Assembly: GCA_965235115.1 (NCBI GenBank)
Contig: OZ249438.1
Coordinates: forward strand, 22,072,001 to 22,136,000
Direction of reading: 5' to 3'
DNA from: Laetmonice hystrix
Lineage: Eukaryota
DNA length: 64,000 bases
The notes below the pieces were generated by a model. It saw only the letters and a list, made by a program, of their open reading frames with translations, was not told the DNA's origin and searched no databases. Position numbers and translations under genes: made by a program. Positions 1 to 11,601 of the stretch are shown here, piece after piece. The first letter of the stretch is position 1. Every line of letters starts with the position of its first letter.

Positions 1-545
1 GCTTGGGTTAGCCTTAGGGTTAGGATCAGGCCTAGGGTTAGTTGTGTAGTCGGCTATTTAGCTGTGGAGTATTATCCAATAGCATTGAAGTTTAATGGTC
101 AAGCATGACCCCACCAAATACCGGTTTTATATACACTGGTCAATTCCACCGTAACGGAATTACAATTCACAACACTTTTCAGAAGTTAATTCGATATTCT
201 GAAGTCCACTTTCTGCCTGGATGTGTTGGATCTAGAAGTCTATACCCCATGCTAGAATAAACAATATTTGTTAAAAAGTCTAACAAAATGATGAAAATAT
301 AAATGATTATATTTTCGTAACGGAATTAGGCAGAAAATTTGAAAATCACTTTTGAACAAATGTCACGACCTTCTTTCTGAATCTTGTTATCAACTGAAGT
401 AGATGGTTGACTCTGTAAGGTAGACATTGATGTTGACTAAGACATGGGAAGAGGTTAGTCCTGAAATACACTGACTCTGTTGTTGAAAACATATACAGAA
501 ATAGCTGTGTAACGGAATTACATGTAAACGTAACGGAATTACCTG
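1..545. repeat. Probable fragment of a repetitive element with degenerate TTAGGG-like repeats and a recurring CGTAACGGAATTA motif
   Basis: gggttagccttagggttagg...ctagggttag at 1-40; (c/t)gtaacggaatta at ~149, ~316, ~508 and ~529, with degenerate copies near 836-870. No termini were identified. Confidence 0.4.
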
Positions 546-1063
546 TACAAATACTGCATTCAAATAATACATCTCTGTTAAGTTTTGCTGACATGAACTA
601 CATTCCTCTGTTCTATGAATACGATCAGTCTAATTATATGCTAAATAGAAAAGAGAAAAGACTGTAACTTTGCAAACTATATCTTTTGGACTACGGTACC
701 TCAAAAGACAACTCCTGTTCACCTGTCCATTATCTGATGCCGAGGGCTGGCAGTATGAGGCTACACCTAAAAGCAGGGTTAGCAGTCAAGTACACTCTGT
801 TGTTGAAAACATGGCAGACATATAGGCCTAGCTCTGTAATGGAATAACATGGCAATGTAAAGGAATTATATTTTGCATTAGTATAAAGAAAGTTTGAATC
901 CATTTCAACAGGATTTAATTTTGGTGGTCAGTGCCCTCTGTTGTGGAATTGCCCCACTGCCATATACTAATAATATTATAACATTGACTTCGTCCTAGAC
1001 TTAGTAAGTTAGTAAATTTTGTTGTAAATATTTTATTGGACCCTTACTAGATTATTTCCCAAT

Positions 1064-4000
1064 ATGATGAAAATGATTCAGGTCCAAGCTGGAACCCAGG
1101 AACAGCAGCAGCAGCAGCAGCGACCTGGGGGTTGGGCTATGATCAAAAGCCTGATTATTCGTATGGTCATCATCTACTTCATCAGCAGCTGGTTGAGACG
1201 CCCATCACCTACCAAGCCAGCCGTTGATGAAAGGGGCAATGCACTCCCTCCTCCCATGCCTTCTTTGAATGCATTTGAAAAGGGAGCATTGATGGTATGA
1301 TCAGTCATTTAATCATGACAGCTGATTCTTCAAAACTTCTTGGACAGTGAAGTTTCAGCTGTAACTAACTATCAAAATATGCAAACCATGCTCCATTATA
1401 GAAAGTAATAATATCATTATAGGCACCATTCTGAATAACCTAAATTGCATCTTTTCTCATGTTCAGAAACCTCAGTTTAGTATTATCATTGTTTGACATG
1501 TAATACCTAAATGTTATAAATAGTAGGATCTCTTTCTTTTCTAAATCTAAATAATTGTATTCACAAGAAACTACAAGTTTGATGAAGAGCGCTGGCTATT
1601 ATGTAGAGTTACCAAGTCAAAAGAGGTTCTTCTACATGTGTGTATTTAAAAATGAAATTGTTTTGACACTTGACAGTAAATTTCATGGCTAAAAGTTTAA
1701 GCACGCCAGCATCAGGCCACAGGATATTTATGACATGCTTTCTATCACTGATGGTAATGATAATTGTTTATTGTTATCTTTATAGGAACTGCATGTTTAT
1801 GTAACTGAGAGTGAAGTGTTCGACTTCAAGGACAATAACATGCTGTTCTGGCATCAGGAAGATTTAGAATACGGTGATTGGCTTGGTGGTATGAATGGTG
1901 ATGGACAATTTGAAAAGTCTGGACAGATACCACTGTCTGAGGTAATTAACTCTTACCACTTTAAGAGAAGAATGGTCTTCATATTTCTTGATTTTAAATA
2001 AGTGGACAGTGTTCTAAAATGTGGCTTTTGTTAAAGAACAAAAGCTGACAAACTTCAGTAGTATGCATGACTGCATTCTCTTTAATAGAAAGAGTACATG
2101 TGCACATTTTGTTATTTGTAGAGAGTCATGAACAATGGATCCATCTACCTCCATGTCTTTGTTGTGAAGGAGGGCAAGTCACCGAACCCATCTGATGCAG
2201 AAAACTACAATGGAGAAGAAACAATCCACAAGTGGCAATGTGAGAGTTTATGGAAGAACACTGCAATTTTGACAGCCCTACTTGCTTCTGTAGTTATGAG
2301 AAAGTCTGTTGGAACCACCAGGCAAACTGACTACTGTGATATTTCCCTGGCAATCCTGTGCTTGTTTAAAAGAAAAATTTGTGTTTTCATTTTTATTCAA
2401 AGAAAAATATTTGTATTGCTTTTCAGGTTTGAACAAGTACAAAAAGCGACGGTTTCACACAACGGTTAATCTCCTGACAGGCACCACTGATGCACATCCT
2501 GATCTTGTCAGAGTGAGCCGATTTTTCTTTTGGCATTTACATACACCCAGAGATTATTATGCCATCTGTATGCTTGTTGTTATGTAGCAAAACAGAATGT
2601 AGAACACCATATAAGAAAGGAAATGCTGTGATGGTAGATGAAGATCTTTTAAACGCTAATGGTTAGACACTGGTATTCTGGGGAAGACCCATGTTTGACC
2701 CTAGGCTAACCTTTGAAGGGAATGTGGTAATTATTCATAAAGCAGTCAATGCAAAGTGCAGTGAGTTTAAAGTATATTTTAAAAGTATTTCGGACTATTA
2801 AATCCTCGAAAAAATAATGTTGCCTTTAATAAAAAGACTGGGCAGAGGATACCTAAGTGGAGATAGTGAAGTTCTAACTGATGTTTCAGGCACCCAATGA
2901 TACAAAGACAATGGAGATACTGTCCCACTGGCATCCCAACCTGACGTTGAACCTGATAGACGACCACACTAACTGGGTCCAAGGCTCGGTCCCAGCACCC
3001 CTCGATGAATGTAAGCCATCACAGCCGTAATTGTTAACAAGAAATAAATGTTGGAATGCTACGACCTTTGGAATTATCAGGATCAGTACTTAGCAAGGAG
3101 TGGTTTCTGTTTGCAGATATTCACTTCGTTAACCCTAAGAAGTATCTGCCGGTGCTCTTCTTCAACGAGTACTGGAATTTAAACAGCGAATACACGCCAA
3201 TCAACAAGTCGACCCCGTAAGGATTATTAAATATCTTGTGTCAAAATTATTCTGAACGGAGAAAAATAGATTATTTCTTTAATTTATTAAGAAATTGAGT
3301 AATTATTGGACACCTCAGGATGTGTATCCCATTTAGTTCTGGTACTGATAGTCCTTTATTATTGGGATATTAGTGAAACTGATGGAGGGACAGATTTTAT
3401 TCAGTAAACGCTTGTGATATTCATGAAATTATAGATAGGATGTCTAAAACAGAGGTCTGGGGTAACACTTGTCTGCTGTTTGTTTTCAGTGTGCTGAACT
3501 TGACGCTCACATTTGCGCCAATCTCGCTGTTCAAGTGGCAAATCTATGCAGCGCGAGGGATGAGACAGCGCTGGTACTCCTTCCTTGGAGAGGATCTCAT
3601 GGAGGAATCAGAGGAGGACCAGGATTCCCTCAAGGTAGCCTCTTCAACTCTGGCTCATTAATGAGGGGAATATTTCAGGGAAGGGCGTGTTTTGGGGTGA
3701 TGCATTCAAGAAGCCTGTAATGCAATGCAGGACTTGCTGAGATCAAAATCTCGATACAAAGTTCAAAGGTTCTGTGGTGGTTCTTATCTGTCACAATATC
3801 AGAATACATCATGTTAGATTATCATTTCTGTGTGTGTGTTTTTCAGCAAACGTTTCTGGACACCAACCCATACTTACTTGCTCTCACCATCGTAGTCTCC
3901 CTTGTGCATAGTGTCTTTGAATTCTTGGCATTCAAAAATGGTGAGTTGGGCAGTTTGTACAGAAACTTTGGACAAGAATTTAAAAGTAGATCTGGACTGG

Positions 4001-7000
4001 AGCATGGATATATTTCATAATTTAGAAGAAGAGGGAATGGGTCACGTGTCTCACAGCACTGTCCACCTAAAAGTAAGCAAACCGGCAGTGTATATAAGAA
4101 TATTTATGCATACATTCAACACTAGCTAGTGTAGAATTCCTGTAATAGAAAGGAACTGTTTGCAGACATCCAGTTCTGGCGGAGCAGGAAGTCAATGGAA
4201 GGCCTTTCAGTGCGATCAGTATTCTACAACGTCTTCCAGTCCCTCATCGTTCTCCTCTATGTTATGGACAATGAGACTAACTTTGTTGTGCGGGTTAGCG
4301 TATTCATTGGCCTTGGTATTGAAGTATGGAAGATCTTCAAGGTTCTTGATGTCAAGGTAAGAAAGCTTGTCGGGTGTATGTGTGAGGACAAACTGTGAAT
4401 GCTGTAGGCTGGGTTGACTTCAACATAGAACATACGTTGTCTTTGTTTAGCTGTATGGAATGTGACTTGTACTTAACCATTGCCTTTTTAGATTCTTTTC
4501 AATGAGCTACAATCTTCTTTGATCATGTATTGCAGGTGGATCGTGAAAACCGTTGGTTTGGGGTCATACCTAAATTATCACTTCAGGATAAATCTACATA
4601 TACCGAGTCCAATACAAAGCACTATGATATGGCAAGTATCCTTAAACTACAAGGTTATTATGATAAGTCAAAAAAAAACCCACCTGATCCAGAAAATAAA
4701 AAAAATGATTGGGTTATAATAATGATACCTGCTTTTATTAGCCCCCACAACGGGGGGCTTATAATTCGACCTCCGTCCGTCCGTCCGTACGGCCGTCCGT
4801 CCGTCCGTCCGTATGTCCGTAGACAGCGATTTCTCAGAAGTGTATGGGTCGATTTCTTTGAAACTTCACACAAGGATCAGGGATGAACTGAGGATGATGC
4901 ACGTCAAACAGATTTTTGATATCATTCAAAATGGCCGCTTGGCGGCCATCTTGGATGTAAACACATTTTGAGCAATAACCCAGCCAAAACAATCACGATT
5001 TCTTTCAAACATGGTGCAGGGATGAGGCATAATGAGGGCCAATATGCATCACAATAAAATTTCAATTCAGATCCAAAATGGCGACATGGCGGCCATATTT
5101 GTTTCTTGACCCCCACAATGACACTGTTTTGGCTTATATCTTGAAAACGGTGCAAGATGACGCAATAGTTACTATTATTGATAGATAGGAAGTCATATAT
5201 GACGTTTCATTTGGCGCCATTTTCGATGACCTTGAGCGACCTTGAAAGGTCAATCAAGGTCATGCATATTTTCAATAGCCTGGATCTTCAAAACAGTTAA
5301 AGATAACGACATAATCTTGCAAGAAACATTACATAATGATCCGGGACAGTCCACAGATGAGGCAGGTCAAAGATATTTTTGACATCAGTCAAAATGGCCG
5401 CGTGGTGGCCATCTTGGATGTAAACACATTTGGAGTAATAACTCGGACAAAACGATCCCGATTTCTTTCAAATTTGGTGGAAAGAAGGTGTATATGAGGG
5501 GCAATGTATATGCCAATGTATTGCTAGATCAGAGGAAATATGGCGACATGGCGGCCATATTAATATTCCCCCCCCCCATAACACTGTATTGGCTCATATC
5601 TCGAAAACGGTGCAAGATAAGGCAATAGTTATTATTATTGATAGATAGGAAGTCCTATATGAAGTTTCATTTGGCGTCATTTTCCATGACCTTGAGCGAC
5701 CTTGAAAGGTCAATCAAGGTCATGCATATTTTAATGGCCTGTACCTCCAAACCAGTTGAAAATAACAACATCTAATCTTGCATGAAACATTACATAATAA
5801 CCAGGGACAGTCTAAGGAGGACACAGGTCAAATATATCATTAAAAATGGCTGCTTGGTGGCCATCTTGGATTTAAAGAAATTCGAAGCAATAACTCTGAC
5901 ATTTTCTGGATTTCGTTCTTGCTGACAGAATGCATGAGGGGCAACAAGCGTGCCAAAAGTACGCATAGTTCCTGGACCCACAGATAATTTGTCCCTACTC
6001 AGTTGGTTCACGCCAGATAACGCTATCAAACTGTACATAACTGACCTCTAAAGGTCAATCGAGGTCAAGCATATCTACAAAACACTTGACGTCGGATAAC
6101 ACTATCAAACTGTACATAACTGCATAGTTATTGCAGACACATGCATCTTTACGCCGGATAACGCTATCAAGCTGTACATAACTGCATAGAACTTAACTAA
6201 GTTTATGAAGTTTCATTTGACAATATTTTCTTTGCCCTTCAAAGATCAATTGAAGTCGTGCATCGTTTTTTCAAGAATCCATAGTTCGTGGTGGGGGCTA
6301 TAAGCTTCACAAGCTTGTTCTGGTTATTACCTTCGGTGTTCTCAGGATGAAAAGTGACACCGGTGGTGTCCCATATACAGCACAATATTTCGCCTAAGGC
6401 AAACCTGTGTCGGCATGATGCAGGGTGCGAGAAAACTTTTAAAAAGACAGGCTTGGTCAAAAAGTACACTGGCAGGCCACTGGTGTACTTACAATAGTGG
6501 GGAGAACACTGACCTTTAGCCTAGGGTGGCCTGTTTGTGCCAGTTTTCTCCTGGGCCCGGTTTCAGAAAGGTTAGCATGATCTTAACTTAAGCTCTGCTT
6601 AGCCTTTTAGGACCCCTGATTGGCTGGTTGAAGCTGAGCAGCAGAGGACCAGCCAATCAGGGGTCCTAAGAGGCTAAGCAGAGCTCAAGTTAAGATCATG
6701 CTAACCTTTCTGAAACCGGGCCCTGGTCTGAAGGATGACCTTTCACTAAAGTTTCAGGTTTTGTGCCTCTTACAGTAGTGTAGGAAGGAAAAAAATATTG
6801 GGGGGCAGAAGTGACGTCACAATGACTTACGCCTGTACTTTTGCATTGAGCCATGCAGTCATTTTATAAATATTGGGGGGGGGGGGGGCAGCAGCCCCCG
6901 CTCCCCCCTGCTTCCTATGCCCCTGTCTTACACATTTATAGATAAATATAAATGGTAGTTTCTTTAATCTTTGCCAGGTGATCCCCAGTAATTCCCCCTT

Positions 7001-8215
7001 TCAGGGCTGGTTGCATTATTGGACAGACTGTAGGACCAAGCACAGCTAGCTGAAGAGATATTGGTTTGAGAAAGCTTTAATGTTGGAATGTGTATTTGTG
7101 TTACAGTTGGCATTCAGATACCTGTCATGGGTTTTGTTCCCACTGCTTGGATGTTACGCAGTGTACTCAGTCATGTATGTGGAGCACCGCGGCTGGTACT
7201 CCTGGGTGCTCAGCATGCTCTATGGGTTCCTCCTCACCTTCGGTAAGTCAGGGTCAGAAAAGAATTGAATATTTAAACAACTACAATTTATGAAGATAAT
7301 TCAAAGGCAAAACTCTTGTAAATGGTATGTTTGAATCCAGGTCTTATAACTTGTGGAAGTATTAAAGACCAATATTTCGAATAATTGGATAATGAGAAAT
7401 AGTAGACCTTAATCAAAGAATGTAGTAATGGACTAGGGTTTAATGGTTGCCATTGACTTTGACATGGAATGTTGTTTGGGTGCAGGGTTCATCATGATGA
7501 CTCCGCAGCTGTTCATCAATTACAAGCTCAAGTCGGTGGCCCATCTGCCATGGCGCATGCTCACCTACAAAGCTCTCAATACTTTCATTGATGACCTCTT
7601 TGCCTTTGTCATCAAGATGCCCACGCTCTATCGCCTTGGATGTTTCAGAGACGGTAAGAAGATGAGCCCCTCAGCTCTGCCTTTCTTTGTCTTTGCAGTG
7701 ATTATTGATTTGATGTTAATTCTGAAATTTTTGATGGAATGCAAGAGTTTGAATCAAAGAATATTTAGAAATAGCATTATTTCATTATTTCCAATTAGAG
7801 CTGTTCTTTATTTGAATCACATGTAATAAGGAACAGAAGCTATAAATTGCCAAAACATCAAAATGATTTCAGGTAAATAAAATTTTGAACTTTACGGCAG
7901 GAATGGTTATTTGTTATCTTGCATCTTCATTTCATTGCTATGTCAAACAAATCTGCTACATTGTAATTCTGGTCTGTTTCAGATATTGTATTTTGTATAT
8001 ATTTATACCAAAGATATAAGTATCGTGTCGACCCTAAGCGTGTGAATGAATTTGGTACAAGTGGTGAAATGTTCGAGCAGAATGGAGAGGTCGCACCGGT
8101 AGGGAATCAAGAAGAAGCTGTAGAAAATGCTGAAAAGTCAGCCATAGAGGCACCAAAACAACCATCAACCAAGCCACACAAACCCAAGGGAAAAATGGCC
8201 AAGAAAAAGGACTGA
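1064..8215 (+). CDS. CLPTM1: Cleft lip and palate transmembrane protein 1 homolog (multi-pass ER membrane protein), 13 coding exons in the window
   Basis: Exons 1064-1294, 1786-1941, 2122-2239, 2427-2512, 2890-3010, 3117-3216, 3490-3634, 3847-3940, 4166-4356, 4536-4631, 7107-7242, 7486-7653, 7983-8215 splice in frame. Diagnostic peptides: LNKYKKRRF, SHWHPNLT, TNPYLLALTIVVSLVHSVFEFLAFKNDIQFW, FRYLSWVLFPLLGCYAVYS, MTPQLFINYKLKSVAHLPWRMLTYKALNTFIDDLFAFVIKMP, RVDPKRVNEFG, and a C-terminal KKKD (KKxx ER-retrieval motif). Intron 4632-7106 is GC-AG. The true start may lie upstream, because there is an acceptor TAG at 1048-1050 and the frame is open from 1052. Confidence 0.96.
1103..1120 (+). repeat. 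(CAG)6 coding microsatellite (poly-Q) in the CLPTM1 N-terminus
   Basis: cagcagcagcagcagcag translates as QQQQQQ. Confidence 0.9.
4733..6328. mobile_element. Non-autonomous Helentron-type element (HINE / DINE-1 / pearl-like) in a CLPTM1 intron
   Basis: Subterminal inverted repeats tagcccccacaacg (4739-4752) and cgtggtgggggcta (6287-6300), one mismatch. 5' hairpin agccccc/gggggct; (CCGT)n microsatellite at 4773-4820; ~2.3 internal tandem units of ~455-465 bp (anchors 4927, 5390, 5842); terminal hairpin aagctt-cac-aagctt (6302-6316); T-rich flanks. This modular layout matches the established DINE-1/HINE architecture. Confidence 0.8.
6554..6722. mobile_element. PIF/Harbinger-like MITE forming a near-perfect palindrome
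   Basis: Arms of ~75 bp (ggcccggtttcagaaaggttagcatgatcttaact... / ...agttaagatcatgctaacctttctgaaaccgggcc) are almost exact inverted repeats, flanked by a 3-bp duplication CTG (6551-6553, 6723-6725). The superfamily call is inferred from the GGCCCG termini and the 3-bp TSD. Confidence 0.8.
6773..6925. mobile_element. Short CAG...CTG TIR element (hAT-like mini-element)
   Basis: Left end cagtagtgtaggaag; right end reverse-complements to caggggcataggaag; poly-G interior; tctta duplicated on both flanks. Confidence 0.55.
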
Positions 8216-11200
8216 ACAGAGAATGTTAGGAATTGCTCTAACTTAAAGCCAAACTAATGATGCAAGTGTGTGTACATTCTGATTCTTGGTGAGTAATGAT
8301 TGTTGGAAACTGGCTGACTGTAAGTTAGTAGAATGAAGGATTCATCCAGATAAATAAGTTTAATTGGATTCTTGAGAATTTTGTCAACTTTTATGTGTAT
8401 TTGCTTGCCCCATTTCCAATGTTATTGTTTCATAGATGGATTTTTAAAGAGTAGATGTAGAGCTTAGAATTGATGTAGTTATCTTTCATTTTTAAAATAT
8501 GTTCGATTGGTCCCACCAGTTCTAATAGTGCTGATCTATAGAAGGTTTTCATATTATGATGTAGGCTAAACCCAGCAGATTGGTACGAGAGCTACATGAA
8601 AATTCATGTATTATGGTCTCTGTCTCCAGTGAATGTTCATTCACTTGATTTAAACTCATAGAGGTGGATGGTAGATTTGATGGAAAAACTGACATAGAAA
8701 GGGATGATTGATATGACAAATAGGTCAGTAATTGAATTCAGAATCATGATGATCAATATTGATGGCAGTCATGAAATATGTATGAATCATAGGCCAAAGC
8801 TGCAATACCTGTCTTTAGAAATATAATCTACTGTTTTACAGTACTATAGATCGGTACCGTAAGTTGGGAACTTGGGAGGTCATCCAGTTCAACTCCCACT
8901 TGAGACTCCTGAAAGTGTTATACATTGTATCGTTCGAGTTGATAATAGTGAGGAGTTAGTCTTAATATTTATTTAAAAATGAATGTCATAAAAATCAATC
9001 CTTATTTCCTAGTTATAAACAGAATTATTTTAGAGGAATAGAGCGCTGCTGCTCAAAAGCCTCTACTGGCCGGGTGTCTGGGGCTGGTTGAGCCGTCAAC
9101 ACGTTTGTTGTAATTGGCTGGGCCAGAGACTGGCTGGTGATAATGGCCTCGTAATCCACACTGGCTACAATTTTATAGCCTGGATTCGATCTGTTTGTGC
9201 TTTCATTGTCACTTGTGACATCATAGTGTAGTTAACTACGTATTTCTATACATAATATTGCAATGTTACACTGGCAAATAGACAAGTGCTGCATGCTTCA
9301 ATAAGTCAACAATGGCTGTGACATTATATATAGAGACTTTTAAATTTCCGAACAAAGGTCGCTGTATTCGTAACTGTAAGGAGTCTTGCTAAAAGACTTT
9401 TAATTTTAAATACTTTTTTGATTGGATTGAAATGGTTGTACGAAAAGGTATCTTTGAATCTATTTATTAAATTTTATAATGGACAAAAGGCAAATATCTC
9501 TATTTTCTTTTTCAACAACTTCCATGTGAATTGATTCATTATTCTCACCGCGAGCGTGTTTTGAAGCACCTGAGGTCAGAAAAACTAAACTTTTATTCCC
9601 CAACTTACGGTACGCATCTATACTGTGCCACTGTTGATATCTGTATCACATAGAAATAATCACTGCCTGAATTTTGAAAACGTAGAATATATTGATTCTA
9701 TGAGGTCATGTAATGTAATCGGAAAAGAGTGGAGACTTTTATTTCCACTAGTCAGATTCTTGCGAGTAGATTTCTAATAATCGTTAGTTTACTGCTATAC
9801 AGACACTAGAAGCTAGCTCTCAATAGGAAAGGAAAGAATGAGCTACCTTCTATGGAATATCGTGGTAACAGTACTGGTCGTTGTAAAAATAACGAAATTT
9901 TGTTATTTTATTTAATAATGTTCGGTGGGTACAGTGGGATTAACGTTAGTAGTAAGTAAAGACATCGTTGTTGGTTTACTTTATGTCAGCAGGTCAGCAT
10001 TACTGATGCATTTACTGACTCAATGACACTTCGGACAGGCCTGTGTGTGTCTGGCATAGTCAAATAAACGTTATTTTGGTTGGAGTTATTTGGGGGAAAG
10101 GAATGCAAACCCGTAGTAAATTATATACATGTCTGCAGCTACATTGGTGTGTGCAAGGAAAACGATATTATACAGGCTGATTAATGTGGCATAAATACTG
10201 GTGAAAAACGCTTTTGTTGAGGAGAGGTGTGTCAGATGAGTGGCTGGTGAGGCAGTAGTAAAAAGTAATTGTTTGGGCAAAGGCAGAAACTGTGAAACTG
10301 AACGTGTATTCTAATGTTATTATATTGTAGATTTTTAAAAAAAATTGTACAATTTCGTTTCTTTTTTAATCTCTATTTGTTTAGCAAGGCCCATGGTACA
10401 CTGTTGCTAAACTGATAAAGCGTACAATTGTTGAAAACAAAGAGATTTGATGTACAAACAATGTTATTTGTTGTTAACCAGTGGTATTATAAAAGTCTAG
10501 TTTTGTGTTCCAGGCTATGCCCACTTATGTATGTATAAGGTATGCCAGAAGTATGGACCTATAGATTATAGAAACAAATTGTACATCTGATTAATAACTA
10601 TTCATATTATACCGGTTCCAATATTTCTTGTAAAAATTAGCTTAAATGTAAATCTGTTAATTAAAGAGTAAATCTGTTAATTAAAAAAGTACAAACAAAT
10701 AATATGTATCTGGTTTCAACTTCAGGGACACCCTATAGATACCTTTGGTCCAGTGATGGAGTGGTGTGCTACTGACAACGGAGAAATGCTGGGGTTGAGG
10801 GTGCAGAGTTTGTGTGTGTTGGCAGTAGTTGGATATTGTTAGTAGATCTATTGTGCCATGACTTGGTCTCAGAAATGTGCATAAATACTGGTAGACGTAA
10901 ATAGGCGTAACAAAAAATATACAGTTTATTGTACATGCATCATACCTGTCTAGACAAGTGAAAATATATATTGGTACAGGCTAGTTGAAGGTGGCACTAG
11001 GAAAGTATTCTTTTGTTCTTTCAGGTGAACTGTTCAGATACACACAGGTCTTCTATGTAGAGGACATACTTTCTGCATTGGAACGTAATTGTAAGACAGA
11101 TGTTTTAGTTCCACACATGATCTGGGGTATATGATTCCCCGCCATTGTTTTTCTGTGGAATTTTACAGACCTGTGGAATGGTTATATTTCTGTTAAAGGT

Positions 11201-11601
11201 TTTTTGTGTGTATCTTACTTTTGAACATTTTTAGAGACTACTATATCACCATGCCCCTTGTATATTTTAAAGGAAGAAACATATTTAAGAACTATACTCT
11301 TGTAACTGTATCAGATGAAAGTCGATCAATGTCATTTATGCAGAATGAAACAAATAAACGATCAAGTATAGAAGCAGCATGCAGTTGTACAACGTTTCCG
11401 TTAGATTTTGGCAGCCCACCCGAAATACAAGATAAAGCATAAGAAGATCGTTTGGCCTTTTTTGGATATTGAATTTGTCCACGTATAATACATTTGTATT
11501 AGGATAAGCTCCCGGTGTAGGCTTATTGCTTGTGTTCTTTCCATGCACCTTTTCATGAGGTTACTAGAAGGCAGGACACGAAAAAAAGATCAGCTTTAAA
11601 C

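Noticed and set aside
1-40. True telomere or subtelomere
   Set aside because: The TTAGGG-like words are few, degenerate and interspersed. Similar tracts occur internally (14890-14975, 24700-24750).
1051-1227. Second open frame overlapping the first CLPTM1 exon (poly-Ala version)
   Set aside because: It has no start codon and stops at ~1227. An open shifted frame is expected around a CAG repeat.
4632-4886. 118-aa ORF 4530-4886 as a real extension
   Set aside because: It is read-through from the exon into the intron and the (CCGT)n tract of the transposon.
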